Positions 9,007-18,773 of a stretch of DNA of 55,023 bases are shown in pieces. The notes below the pieces were generated by a model. That model had not been told where the DNA came from. It made no database searches and saw only the letters and a list, made by a program, of their open reading frames with translations. Source of the stretch: Rubrivivax sp. (GTDB taxonomy: Bacteria > Pseudomonadota > Gammaproteobacteria > Burkholderiales > Burkholderiaceae_C); assembly GCA_031365825.1 (NCBI GenBank), contig JANLYV010000162.1, positions 1-55,023 on the forward strand, in the 5' to 3' direction. Within the stretch, counting starts at the first letter, position 1, and the number at the start of each line of letters is the position of its first letter. Made by a program: the position numbers and the translations under genes.

Positions 9007-10512
9007 ATGAACGCCGCTCTGCCCCAGGCCCTTGGCGACGATGCCCAAGGGCGTGCCAAGCGCCAACGCGAGGTGGTCGCCGCGCTGGCCGCGGTGCTGC
9101 CGGCGCATGCCCTCTTGTGGCACGACGAGGACACCGTGCCCTACGAGTGCGACGGTCTCACCGCTTACCGCCAACGCCCGCTGGTGGTGGCCCTGCCCGA
9201 AACCGAAGCGCAGGTCGCGGCCGTGTTGCGCGCATGCCATCAACGTGCCGTGCCGGTGGTGGCACGCGGCGCCGGCACCGGCCTTTCCGGCGGCGCGCTG
9301 CCGCACGCGCTGGGCGTGACGCTGTCGCTGGCCAAGTTCAACCAGATCGTCAAGCTCGACGCCGTGGCGCGCACGGCAGTAGTGCAATGCGGCGTGCGCA
9401 ACCTGGCCATCAGCGAAGCCGCCGCGCCGCTGGGGCTGTACTACGCGCCCGACCCGTCGAGCCAGATCGCCTGCAGCATCGGCGGCAACATCGCCGAAAA
9501 CTCCGGCGGCGTGCATTGCCTCAAATACGGTCTGACGCTGCATAACGTTCTACAGGTGCGGGGTTTCACCGCCGAAGGCGAGCCGGTGACGTTTGGCAGC
9601 GAGGCGCTGGACGCGCCCGGGCTGGACCTGCTGGCGGTGGTGGTGGGTAGCGAAGGCATGCTGGCCGTGACGATCGAAGCCACCGTCAAGCTCGTGCCCC
9701 AACCGAAGCTGGCGCGCTGCATCATGGCCAGCTTCGACGACATCAGGAAGGCCGGTGATGCGGTGGCCGCGATCATCGCCGCCGGCATCATCCCGGCCGG
9801 GCTGGAGATGATGGACAAGCCGATGACCGCCGCGGTCGAAGCCTTCGTGCATGCCGGCTACGACCTCGATGCGCAGGCCATCCTGCTGTGCGAAAGCGAC
9901 GGCACGCCGGAAGAGGTGGCCGAAGAAATCGAACGCATGCTGGACGTGCTCACGGGCGCCGGCGCCTCGCGCCTTGAAGTCAGCAAGGACGAAGCGCAGC
10001 GGCTGAAGTTCTGGAGCGGCCGCAAGAATGCCTTCCCCGCCAGCGGCCGCATCAGCCCCGACTACATGTGCATGGACTCGACCATTCCGCGTCGACGTCT
10101 GGCCGACATCCTGCTGGCCATCCAGGCGATGGAACTCAAGTACGGCCTGGCTTGCTGCAACGTCTTCCACGCCGGCGACGGCAACCTGCACCCGCTGATC
10201 CTGTACGACGCCAACGACCCCGACCAGCTGCATCGGTGCGAGCTGTTCGGTGCCGACATCCTCGAGACCAGCGTGGCCATGGGCGGCACCGTCACCGGCG
10301 AACACGGTGTGGGCGTGGAAAAGCTCAGCAGCATGTGCGTGCAGTTCAGCGCCGAAGAGCGCACGCAGATGCTGGCGCTGAAGCACGCTTTCGACGCGCA
10401 GGGCACGCTCAACCCGGGCAAGGTGATCCCGACGCTGCAGCGCTGCGCCGAGTACGGCCGCATGCATGTGAAGAAGGGGCTGTTGCCCTTCCCCGAGCTG
10501 GAACGGTTTTGA
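9007..10512 (+). CDS. glcD: Glycolate oxidase FAD-linked subunit
   Basis: YECDGLTAYR, ARGAGTGLSGGA, APDPSSQIACSIGGN, HAGDGNLHP, GEHGVGVEK, LNPGK. Confidence 0.93.
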   Translation: MNAALPQALGDDAQGRAKRQREVVAALAAVLPAHALLWHDEDTVPYECDGLTAYRQRPLVVALPETEAQVAAVLRACHQRAVPVVARGAGTGLSGGALPHALGVTLSLAKFNQIVKLDAVARTAVVQCGVRNLAISEAAAPLGLYYAPDPSSQIACSIGGNIAENSGGVHCLKYGLTLHNVLQVRGFTAEGEPVTFGSEALDAPGLDLLAVVVGSEGMLAVTIEATVKLVPQPKLARCIMASFDDIRKAGDAVAAIIAAGIIPAGLEMMDKPMTAAVEAFVHAGYDLDAQAILLCESDGTPEEVAEEIERMLDVLTGAGASRLEVSKDEAQRLKFWSGRKNAFPASGRISPDYMCMDSTIPRRRLADILLAIQAMELKYGLACCNVFHAGDGNLHPLILYDANDPDQLHRCELFGADILETSVAMGGTVTGEHGVGVEKLSSMCVQFSAEERTQMLALKHAFDAQGTLNPGKVIPTLQRCAEYGRMHVKKGLLPFPELERF

Positions 10513-10514
10513 CG

Positions 10515-11600
10515 ATGGACGCTGCGCTGCAAACGCTCGTCGACCAGGTGCGCTCGGCACGTGCCGCAAAGACGCCGCTGGACATCCGCGGCGGTGGCAC
10601 GAAGTCCTTCTATGGTCAGCTGGCTGTCGGCGCGCCGCTGGACATGCGCGTACTCACCGGCATCAGCAGTTACGAGCCGAGCGAGCTGGTGGTCACGGTG
10701 CGTGCAGGTACCTTGTTAGCGGAACTCGAAGCCGCATTGGCACAGAAGGGCCAATGCCTGCCGTTCGAGCCACCGCGCTTTGACGGCGGCGGCACCGTGG
10801 GTGGCATGGTCGCTGCGGGGCTTTCAGGCCCGGCGCGCGCGGCCGTGGGCAGCGTGCGCGACTACGTGCTCGGCGCCTCGCTGATCAACGGGCGCGCCGA
10901 GCTTTTGAGCTTCGGCGGCCAGGTGATGAAGAACGTCGCCGGCTACGACGTCTCGCGCCTGCTTGCGGGCTCGATGGGCATGCTGGGCGTGATCTGCGAG
11001 GTCTCGCTCAAGGTGCTGCCCGTGCCGGTGGCGGTGAGCACGCTGCGCTTCGACATGAGCCAGAGTCAAGCGCTGGCCAAGCTCAACCAGTGGGGCGGCC
11101 AGCCGCTGCCCCTCAACGCCAGCGCCTGGTGGGAAGGCGCGCTGGTGCTGCGCCTTGCCGGGGCTACGGCGGCGGTGCAGGCGGCCGTGGCGCGGCTGGG
11201 CGGCGAAGTCATAGCGCCGGCGCTGGCGGCGCAGTTCTGGCGCGGCCTGCGCGACCAGACCGACGAGTTCTTCGCCGGTGCGAAGAAGGCCGTGGCGGGC
11301 GGTGCCACGCTGTGGCGTTTGTCGCTGCCGCAGACGGCGCCGCCGCTGGCGCTGTCGGGCGAGCAGCTGGTGGAGTGGGGCGGGGCGCAGCGCTGGTTGT
11401 GCACGGCCGCGGCGGCCGCGGCGATACGCGACGCGGCGGCGGCCTTGGGCGGCCACGCCACGCGCTTCATGTCGCTGGACCGCAGCACGGCGGCGTTCGC
11501 GCCGCTGTCAGCACCTTTGCTGCGTTATCACCACGAGCTGAAAAAGGCCTTCGACCCCGACGGCATCTTCAACCCCGGCCGGCTCTACGCCGGCATCTGA
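10515..11600 (+). CDS. glcE: Glycolate oxidase FAD-binding subunit
   Basis: IRGGGTK, YEPSELVVTVRAGT, LPFEPP, GGQVMKNVAGYDVSRL, FDPDGIFNPGR. Confidence 0.93.
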   Translation: MDAALQTLVDQVRSARAAKTPLDIRGGGTKSFYGQLAVGAPLDMRVLTGISSYEPSELVVTVRAGTLLAELEAALAQKGQCLPFEPPRFDGGGTVGGMVAAGLSGPARAAVGSVRDYVLGASLINGRAELLSFGGQVMKNVAGYDVSRLLAGSMGMLGVICEVSLKVLPVPVAVSTLRFDMSQSQALAKLNQWGGQPLPLNASAWWEGALVLRLAGATAAVQAAVARLGGEVIAPALAAQFWRGLRDQTDEFFAGAKKAVAGGATLWRLSLPQTAPPLALSGEQLVEWGGAQRWLCTAAAAAAIRDAAAALGGHATRFMSLDRSTAAFAPLSAPLLRYHHELKKAFDPDGIFNPGRLYAGI

Positions 11601-11606
11601 ATCCGC

Positions 11607-12281
11607 ATGGACGCCGACCGCAGCACCGCGTCGATCGAGGCCATGCGCCAGTACTACGTGCGGCGTGCCGCCTACTACGAGCGCGTCTACCACAAGCCCG
11701 AACGTCAGACCGACCTGCGCGCGATGGAAGCCTGGATCGCCGAGCCTTTCGTCGGCCGCGACGTGCTGGAAATTGCCTGCGGCACCGGCTGGTGGACGCC
11801 GCACGGCGCACGCCGCTGCCGTTCGTGGCTGGCCACCGATGTGAACCCCGAGACCATGGACGTGGCGCGGTACAAGGCGATGCCCGAAGGCCGTGTGAGC
11901 TTCGCCACCGTAGACGCCTACAGCCTGGCCGAACTGCAGGGCAGGTTGTTCAGCGCGGCCTTTGCCGGCTGCTGGTGGAGCCATGTGCCCTTGTCGCGCC
12001 TGCCCGACTGGCTTGAGCTGCTGCACCGCCACCTGAGCCCCGGTGCACGCGTGGTGATGCTCGACAACAGCTTCGTGCAGACCAGCAGCACACCGCTGAC
12101 GCGCAGCGACGCCGAGGGCAACACTTACCAGAATCGTGTGCTCGACGACGGCAGCGTGCACGAGGTGCTGAAGAACTTCCCCAGCGCCGAGCAAGCCCTC
12201 GCCGTGCTCGGGCCACGGGCCTGCAAGCCGCAGTGGATCGCCTACACCCACTACTGGGTGCTAACTTACGAATTGACCTGA
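11607..12281 (+). CDS. Class I SAM-dependent methyltransferase
   Basis: YY.RRA..YE, VLEIACGTGWWT motif I, ATD, WWSHVP. Confidence 0.88.
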   Translation: MDADRSTASIEAMRQYYVRRAAYYERVYHKPERQTDLRAMEAWIAEPFVGRDVLEIACGTGWWTPHGARRCRSWLATDVNPETMDVARYKAMPEGRVSFATVDAYSLAELQGRLFSAAFAGCWWSHVPLSRLPDWLELLHRHLSPGARVVMLDNSFVQTSSTPLTRSDAEGNTYQNRVLDDGSVHEVLKNFPSAEQALAVLGPRACKPQWIAYTHYWVLTYELT

Positions 12282-12296
12282 CATGGCTGGCGCCGA

Positions 12297-13547
12297 ATGC
12301 AGACCCACCTGAGCCCGGAATTCAAAGGCACGCGTGACGGCGAAGCGGCCGAGGCCATCCTTCGCAAGTGCGTGCACTGCGGCTTCTGCACCGCCACCTG
12401 CCCCACCTACCAGCTGCTGGGCGACGAGCTCGATGGACCGCGCGGCCGCATCTACCTGATGAAGCAGCTGCTCGAAGGCGCGCCCGTCACACGCAAGACG
12501 CAGTTGCATCTTGACCGCTGCCTCACCTGCCGCAACTGCGAAAGCACCTGCCCCAGCGGCGTGCAGTACGGCCACCTGGTCGACATCGGCCGCAAGCTCG
12601 TCGAAGAGCGGGTCGAGCGGCCGCTGCAAGAGCGGCTGTTGCGCGGTGCGCTGAAGAGCGGACTGACCTCGCCGCTGTTCGGCCCGGCGATGAAGCTCGG
12701 CCAGCTGCTGCGCCCGCTGTTGCCTGCGGCGCTGAAGTCCAAGGTGCCGGCGCGTGCTGGCGCCCGTGCACACCAGTGGCCGCAGCGCGAGCACAAGCGC
12801 AAGGTGTTGCTGCTGCTGGGCTGCGTGCAGCCGGCGATGATGCCGGGCATCAACAGCGCCACGGCGCGCGTGCTCGACGCCGCCGGCATCCAGACCCTGG
12901 TGGCCGACGACGCCGGCTGCTGCGGCGCCATCCGCACGCACCTGAGCGATGTCGAAGGCGGCCTGGCCGACATGCGCCGCAACATCGACGCCTGGTGGCC
13001 GTTGGTCGAAGGGCTCACCTCGCAGGGCCGTGTCGAAGCCATCGTCATGAACGCTTCGGGCTGCGGCGTCACGGTCAAGGACTATGGCCACGCGCTGGCG
13101 CACGACCCCGACTACGCCGCCAAGGCCAAGCGTGTAAGTGCGCTGACGCGCGACCTGAGCGAGTTGCTGCCGGCGCTGGTGCCGGTGCTGAAGCCCAAGC
13201 TCGCTGCATCCAAAAAAGCGCAGCTCGCTTTCCACCCACCGTGCACGTTGCAACATGGGCAGCAGCTGCGTGGTGGTGTCGAAGATGGCTTGACCGCGCT
13301 GGGTTTTGGCGTGCAGACAGCGACGAATGACAGCCACTTGTGCTGCGGCTCGGCCGGCACGTACTCGGTGCTGCAGCCCGAGCTCGCCACCCAGCTACGG
13401 GACCGCAAGCTCAAGGCGCTGGAGCCGATCGCCGCCGACACCATCATCTCGGCCAATATCGGCTGCATTCAGCATTTGCAAAGCGGCACGGCGACGCCGG
13501 TGCGGCATTGGGTGGAGGTGCTGGACGAGGCGCTGCTGGTGCGCTGA
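12297..13547 (+). CDS. glcF: Glycolate oxidase Fe-S subunit
   Basis: CVHCGFCTATCP, CLTCRNCESTCP, two CCG motifs. Confidence 0.94.
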   Translation: MQTHLSPEFKGTRDGEAAEAILRKCVHCGFCTATCPTYQLLGDELDGPRGRIYLMKQLLEGAPVTRKTQLHLDRCLTCRNCESTCPSGVQYGHLVDIGRKLVEERVERPLQERLLRGALKSGLTSPLFGPAMKLGQLLRPLLPAALKSKVPARAGARAHQWPQREHKRKVLLLLGCVQPAMMPGINSATARVLDAAGIQTLVADDAGCCGAIRTHLSDVEGGLADMRRNIDAWWPLVEGLTSQGRVEAIVMNASGCGVTVKDYGHALAHDPDYAAKAKRVSALTRDLSELLPALVPVLKPKLAASKKAQLAFHPPCTLQHGQQLRGGVEDGLTALGFGVQTATNDSHLCCGSAGTYSVLQPELATQLRDRKLKALEPIAADTIISANIGCIQHLQSGTATPVRHWVEVLDEALLVR

Positions 13548-13557
13548 GGCGCGTCGT

Positions 13558-14151
13558 TCAGACGTGCATCATCGCCGCCACCCCCAGCGCCACGCCCAGC
13601 GTGGCAACAAAGTACATGCCGTACTGCAGCCACTTGCGCCGCGTCAGCAAGGCGATGGCCGCCAGCGCGATGGAGATCTGCAGCGCCGTGGTCGCCTGGG
13701 CCCAGCGGTGGTGCAGGTGCAGTTGCTCATCGCTCTGGCGATCCCAATCCTTTGATCGTGCTTCGAGCTTCTCGGCGTCGAGCTTGATCTCGGCCTTCTC
13801 CTTCTTGTAGCGGTCGACCTCGTCCTTGTAGCCGGCGCGCTTGTCCTCGGGCGCCAGCACCACGGCCAGCTCAGCCAGGTTTTGTTTGCTGCTCTTGGCC
13901 TGGTAGTAGTTCCACTGGTTCGAGGCTTCGGTCTTGGTGATCGCGGCGTTGTTCTTGAAGAGGCCGGCATTGGCCTGCGTCGCGCCGCCCATGTAGGAAA
14001 AGAGCGCGCCCACGGTGGCGATGATGGCGGTGCTCACCGCCACCATGCCCGAAAAGCTGTCCTTCTCGCCGTGGCTGCCGTGTGCGCCCTGCGCGGCGTG
14101 CTCGAGTTCGTGGTCGTGGGGGCCGTGCACGTGGAAACCTGCGCCTGACAT
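13558..14151 (-). CDS. DUF4337-like membrane protein
   Basis: GFHVHGPHDHELE, KTEASNQWNYYQAKS.K, coiled coil, LQISIALAAI. Confidence 0.75.
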   Translation of the reverse strand: MSGAGFHVHGPHDHELEHAAQGAHGSHGEKDSFSGMVAVSTAIIATVGALFSYMGGATQANAGLFKNNAAITKTEASNQWNYYQAKSSKQNLAELAVVLAPEDKRAGYKDEVDRYKKEKAEIKLDAEKLEARSKDWDRQSDEQLHLHHRWAQATTALQISIALAAIALLTRRKWLQYGMYFVATLGVALGVAAMMHV

Positions 14152-14275
14152 CGGATGTCCTGGGTGAGTTGAAAAGTGCGCGATTGTGCCGTCACCGGCG
14201 GCTGCGCGCGCTGTCCGACGACCCGCCGCGTGCCGCGCCTCGGGTGCGTGCGTTGCTGGCGCTGCTCGAACACGG

Positions 14276-15037
14276 TCACGGTGATGGCGCCCGGCTCGCA
14301 ACCAGCCAGGCCGCAAACTGCTGCCACCCGGCTGTTTCTGCCAACGGCAGACGCGCGCCGTAGACGACCACGATGACCAGCGCGCCCACCAGCGTGGCCC
14401 GATGCAGCCGGCCCAGGGTGACCAGATCCCATGCGGCCAAGGGCAGCACGAAGGCGAGTGCCAGCAGGTCTGAATTGCCGAAGTACGGAATCGGAGATTC
14501 GGCGGCGGCGGCGGCGAAGGGCCAGCGCACCGTCGCCGCGTCGAGCATGCCGATGCTGGCCAGCAGCATCAGGCGTTTGTGACAGGGCCCATCGCGGCGC
14601 TGGGCCAGGGCCACCGCCACGAAGCCGCCGAAGACCAGCAGCGCTGACAGCGGCACGACGATGAACTGCAAGGGCGGCAGTGGCACATCGATGAAACCAC
14701 CCGGTCGCCTGGCCGCGGTCAGCGCTGCCGCCACGCCGATCACCAGCATCGCCAGCACCAGGCCGGCGGCGAACTTGCCCAAGCGTCTGTGCCACAACCG
14801 CGCGCCGCGCGCCACCAGCAGGGCCTGCAGCGGCAGCAGCACATACCAGAGCGTGAAGGCCGCACCATGCCAGCGAAAGATGGGTTCGGGTGCTGCCGCC
14901 TGGGCCACACCGGGAAACCACGGCGATAGGTAGAAGCTGCGCGTGAACCCGAGCAGCACGGCCGCCAGCAAAGCCAGGGCCATGGCCAGGAAGAAGCGAT
15001 GCTCGAGTTCGGCGCGTGGCCGCAGCAAGGTAGACAT
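14276..15037 (-). CDS. Hypothetical multi-pass membrane protein
   Basis: About 7 hydrophobic segments with His motifs ([22 protein letters not shown]); ATG at 15037. Confidence 0.75.
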   Translation of the reverse strand: MSTLLRPRAELEHRFFLAMALALLAAVLLGFTRSFYLSPWFPGVAQAAAPEPIFRWHGAAFTLWYVLLPLQALLVARGARLWHRRLGKFAAGLVLAMLVIGVAAALTAARRPGGFIDVPLPPLQFIVVPLSALLVFGGFVAVALAQRRDGPCHKRLMLLASIGMLDAATVRWPFAAAAAESPIPYFGNSDLLALAFVLPLAAWDLVTLGRLHRATLVGALVIVVVYGARLPLAETAGWQQFAAWLVASRAPSP

Positions 15038-15130
15038 CGTGGCGTTCCCCGTGTGAGCGTGGCCGCGGCCGCGGCCGTGGCAAAGGCCTGCATCGCCAGT
15101 GCGCGACGGCGGCCCAGGATAATTCAGCCC

Positions 15131-16240
15131 ATGTCCCAACAACGCATCGTGGTCGGCCTGAGTGGCGGCGTCGACTCGGCCGTCACCGCCTGGCTGCTGA
15201 AGCAGCAAGGGCATGAGGTGGTCGGCATCTTCATGAAGAACTGGGAAGGCGACGACGACGATGAATTCTGTTCGTCGAACATCGACTTCGTCGACGCCGC
15301 GGCGGTGGCCGACGTCATCGGCATCGCGATCGAACACGTCAACTTCGCCGCTGACTACAAAGACCGCGTCTTTTCCGAATTCCTGCGCGAATACCAGGCC
15401 GGGCGCACGCCCAACCCTGATGTGCTGTGCAACGCCGAGATCAAGTTCAAGGCTTTTCTCGACCACGCCATGCGCCTGGGCGCCGAGAAAGTCGCCACCG
15501 GCCACTACGCGCGGGTGCGCGAACGCGCCGGCCGGTTCGAGTTGCTGAAGGGGCTCGACCCCGGTAAAGATCAAAGCTATTTTCTGCACCGGCTGAACCA
15601 GGCGCAGCTCGCGCGCACGCTGTTTCCCATCGGCGAGCTGCACAAGACCGAGGTGCGCCGCATTGCCGCCGAGATCGGCCTGCCGAATGCGAAGAAGAAG
15701 GACTCCACCGGCATCTGCTTCATCGGCGAGCGGCCGTTCCGCGAGTTCCTGAACCGCTACCTGCAGGCCGAGCCGGGGCCTATGCTCGATGACCGTGGCC
15801 GCGAAGTCGGGCGCCACATGGGCTTGTCTTTCTACACGCTGGGCCAGCGCCAGGGCTTGGGCATAGGCGGCGTGAAGAGCGGTGGCGGCGAACACGCGCC
15901 GTGGTACGTGGCAGGCAAGGACATGGCGACTAACACGCTAAGGGTGGTGCAGGGGCACCAACACCCGAAACTCTTGTCGATGGCCTTGATCGCCGACGAC
16001 CTGAGCTGGGTCGCCGGCGTGGCGCCAACGAGTGGCGACTACGCCGCGAAGTCGCGCTACCGCCAGGCCGACGCGCGCTGCCGGCTCGACCTGGACGGCG
16101 CGCAGATCAGTCTGCAGTTCGAGCAGCCGCAATGGGCCGTCACGCCGGGGCAGTCGGCCGTGGTCTACGACGGCGAGGTGTGTCTGGGCGGCGGTGTCAT
16201 CAAGCAGCACAGCCTGGCGCCGCTTGACGCCATCGCATGA
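15131..16240 (+). CDS. mnmA: tRNA 2-thiouridine(34) synthase
   Basis: SGGVDS PP-loop, [40 protein letters not shown]. Confidence 0.97.
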   Translation: MSQQRIVVGLSGGVDSAVTAWLLKQQGHEVVGIFMKNWEGDDDDEFCSSNIDFVDAAAVADVIGIAIEHVNFAADYKDRVFSEFLREYQAGRTPNPDVLCNAEIKFKAFLDHAMRLGAEKVATGHYARVRERAGRFELLKGLDPGKDQSYFLHRLNQAQLARTLFPIGELHKTEVRRIAAEIGLPNAKKKDSTGICFIGERPFREFLNRYLQAEPGPMLDDRGREVGRHMGLSFYTLGQRQGLGIGGVKSGGGEHAPWYVAGKDMATNTLRVVQGHQHPKLLSMALIADDLSWVAGVAPTSGDYAAKSRYRQADARCRLDLDGAQISLQFEQPQWAVTPGQSAVVYDGEVCLGGGVIKQHSLAPLDAIA

Positions 16241-16737
16241 TGCACATCACCGTGTTCGACCCGCGCGACGCCAGGGCGCTGGTCGAGATGTGGCGCGAAA
16301 GCTTCGAGCATGGTGTGGGGGTGAAAGACCCGCATGCGATCGAGGAGCAGGTGCAGTACCTGCTCGACACCGTGATGCCAAACCATGCCGTGCAGGTGGC
16401 CATGCATGGTGATCACATCGTCGGCTTCATCGCCTGCAACGCCGAGTCGGTGGCGCAGCTCTTTGTACGCGTCGCTTGCATCGGCCAGGGCATCGGCTCG
16501 GCCTTGTTGCGGCAGGCGATGGCGCAGTCCTCAGGCCGCTTGTGGCTCTACACCTTCGCCCGCAACCATCGCGCCTGTGCTTTCTACGAACACCACGGCT
16601 TCGTCGCCGTGGCGCGCGGCTTCGAGCCGAGCTGGCAGCTCGACGATGTGAAGTACGAGTGGGCACGCGGCGCGGCCACAATGCCGGCCGCGCCGCCCGG
16701 CCCTGTCGATTCATCAACCCTGCCACCCCTGCGATGA
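16237..16737 (+). CDS. GNAT family N-acetyltransferase
   Basis: LFV...[21 protein letters not shown]; ATGA overlap with mnmA. Confidence 0.88.
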   Translation: MMHITVFDPRDARALVEMWRESFEHGVGVKDPHAIEEQVQYLLDTVMPNHAVQVAMHGDHIVGFIACNAESVAQLFVRVACIGQGIGSALLRQAMAQSSGRLWLYTFARNHRACAFYEHHGFVAVARGFEPSWQLDDVKYEWARGAATMPAAPPGPVDSSTLPPLR

Positions 16738-18014
16738 CCGAAGCCCCTGCCAGCTCTGCCAACCCGGCGGCCGCGCCCGCTGCCATGCCCTCGCGCCTGG
16801 GGCACGCCACGCTGCGGCCGCCGCGGCGCCGGCGGCGCTGGCTCTGGCCGGTGTTGCTGCTGCTGGTGGTGCTGGCCGTGGCCGCCGCCATGCTCTCGCG
16901 CAAGACCGAGGTGCAGGCCAGCGGCGTGATGTCGGCCTACCCCTCGGCGCAGTACGCGCAGCTCACGGCTTCGGGCTACGTCGTGGCGCAGCGGCGCGCG
17001 GCGGTGTCGTCGAAAGCGACCGGGCGGCTGGTCGAGTTGAACGTGCGCGAAGGCTCGCGGCTCAAGGCCGGCGCCTTGATCGCGCGGCTCGACGCTTCGG
17101 ACGTGGCCGCGCAGGCTCAGGCCGCTGCGGCCGGTGTGCAGCAGGCCGACGCCGGCCGGCGTGTGGCCGAAGCCGGTGTGCGCCAGGCGCAGGTGGAACT
17201 GGGCAACGCCGAGGCTGAGTTGCGCCGCATGGTTGACCTGCAGGCGCAGGGCTTCATGTCGGCGCAGGCGCTGGATGCCGCCAAGCGCCGCGTCGACGCC
17301 GCGCGTGTGGCCGTATCTTCGGCCTTGGCCGGTGTGGCTTCGGCGCAGGGTGCACACGCGGTGGCGCTGGCGCAGTTGAAGATCCAGCAGGTGAACCGCG
17401 ACAACACCGAGGTGCGCGCGCCGTTTGATGGCGTGGTGCTGGTGAAAAACGCCAACGTCGGCGACATGATCACGCCGTTTTCCAGCGCCTCGGGCTCACA
17501 AGGCGCGGTGGTGACCATGGCCGACATGGGCACGCTCGAAGTCGAGGCCGATGTGTCCGAGACCAACGTCGGCCGCATCAAGGCCGAGCAGCCGGTGGAG
17601 ATTGCGCTCGATGCCCTGCCGGGCGAACGCTTCCGCGGCTTCGTCGCCAGCGTCGTGCCCACGGTCGACCGCGCCAAGGCCACGGTGATGACGAAGATCC
17701 GTTTCGAGAAACTCGACGCGCGCGTGCTGCCCGAGATGAGTGCCAAGGTGGTGTTCATGTCGCAGGTGGCGAGCGACGCCGACTTCAAGCCGGTGATGGC
17801 CGTGAACCCGAAGACGGTGGTCGAGCGCGACGGCAAGAAGGCCGTGTTCCGTATCAGTGGCGACAGTGTCGAGCTGGTGCCGGTCAGCGTCGGTAGAACG
17901 TTAGGTGACGCGCTGGAAATCACAGTCGGCGTGCTCAAGGCCAGCGACCGGCTGGTGTTGTCGCCGGGTGAGAAGCTGGCTGCTGGCGCCAAAGTCGTGG
18001 TGGCGGGGAAGTAG
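16734..18014 (+). CDS. Periplasmic adaptor (MacA/HlyD-like)
   Basis: N-terminal TM, ASGYVVA, lipoyl halves, alpha hairpin, VRAPFDGVV, EVEADVSE, LPEMSAKV. Confidence 0.9.
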   Translation: MTEAPASSANPAAAPAAMPSRLGHATLRPPRRRRRWLWPVLLLLVVLAVAAAMLSRKTEVQASGVMSAYPSAQYAQLTASGYVVAQRRAAVSSKATGRLVELNVREGSRLKAGALIARLDASDVAAQAQAAAAGVQQADAGRRVAEAGVRQAQVELGNAEAELRRMVDLQAQGFMSAQALDAAKRRVDAARVAVSSALAGVASAQGAHAVALAQLKIQQVNRDNTEVRAPFDGVVLVKNANVGDMITPFSSASGSQGAVVTMADMGTLEVEADVSETNVGRIKAEQPVEIALDALPGERFRGFVASVVPTVDRAKATVMTKIRFEKLDARVLPEMSAKVVFMSQVASDADFKPVMAVNPKTVVERDGKKAVFRISGDSVELVPVSVGRTLGDALEITVGVLKASDRLVLSPGEKLAAGAKVVVAGK

Positions 18015-18018
18015 CGGC

Positions 18019-18708
18019 ATGGCCGAAGCGCTGATCAGCATTCGTGGGCTGCACAAGTCTTACCAGCGCGGCGGGCAGGAGATTCCCGTGCTGATGGGCA
18101 TAGCCCTCGACGTCGCCGCCGGCGAGTTCGTCGCGCTGATGGGCCCCAGCGGCTCGGGCAAGAGCACCCTGCTCAATCTCATCGCCGGCATCGACAAGCC
18201 CAGCGCCGGCACCATCCGCATGGCCGGCGTCGACATCGCCACGCTGTCGGATGCGGCGCTATCCGACTGGCGCGCGGCGCAGGTCGGCTTCATCTTCCAG
18301 TTCTATAACCTGATGCCTGTGCTGACAGCCTTCGAGAATGTCGAGTTGCCGCTGCTGCTGACGGGCCTGAACGCGCGCGAACGCGGCGAGCGTGTGCAAC
18401 AGATGCTCGAACTCGTCGCACTCGCCGACCGCGCCGACCACTACCCGAACGAGCTCTCCGGCGGCCAGCAACAGCGCGTGGCGATCGCACGCGCGCTCGT
18501 CACCGACCCGACGCTGATCGTCGCCGACGAGCCCACCGGCGACCTCGACCGCCACACCGGGCAGGAGGTGCTGAGCCTGATGGAGCGGCTGGTGCGCGAG
18601 TTCGGCAAGACCATCGTCATGGTCACCCACGACCCCAAGGCCGCGGCGCGGGCGGCTCGCCTGGTGCATCTGGAAAAAGGCGTGTTGGTCGACGAGGTGG
18701 TGGCCTGA
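18019..18708 (+). CDS. ABC ATP-binding protein (LolD/MacB type)
   Basis: GPSGSGKS, GFIFQFYNL, LSGGQQQRV, ADEPTGDLD, VTHD. Confidence 0.93.
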   Translation: MAEALISIRGLHKSYQRGGQEIPVLMGIALDVAAGEFVALMGPSGSGKSTLLNLIAGIDKPSAGTIRMAGVDIATLSDAALSDWRAAQVGFIFQFYNLMPVLTAFENVELPLLLTGLNARERGERVQQMLELVALADRADHYPNELSGGQQQRVAIARALVTDPTLIVADEPTGDLDRHTGQEVLSLMERLVREFGKTIVMVTHDPKAAARAARLVHLEKGVLVDEVVA

Positions 18709-18714
18709 GCGGCC

Positions 18715-18764
18715 GGCTTCGACAAGCCTGTCCTGAGCAAAGTCGAAGGGCTCAGCCTGAACGG
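18715..18764. repeat. Nested REP-like palindromic element
   Basis: Outer GGCTTCGACAAG|CTCAGCCTGAACGG is interrupted by a 24-bp inverted related unit (18727-18750; reverse complement CCCTTCGACTTTGCTCAGGACAGG). Confidence 0.6.
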
Positions 18765-18773
18765 AACTGCACC

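Noticed and set aside
14276-15895. 539-aa minus-strand ORF that looks like a fusion
   Set aside because: The first 286 codons are antisense to mnmA and its promoter; the plausible gene starts at ATG 15037.
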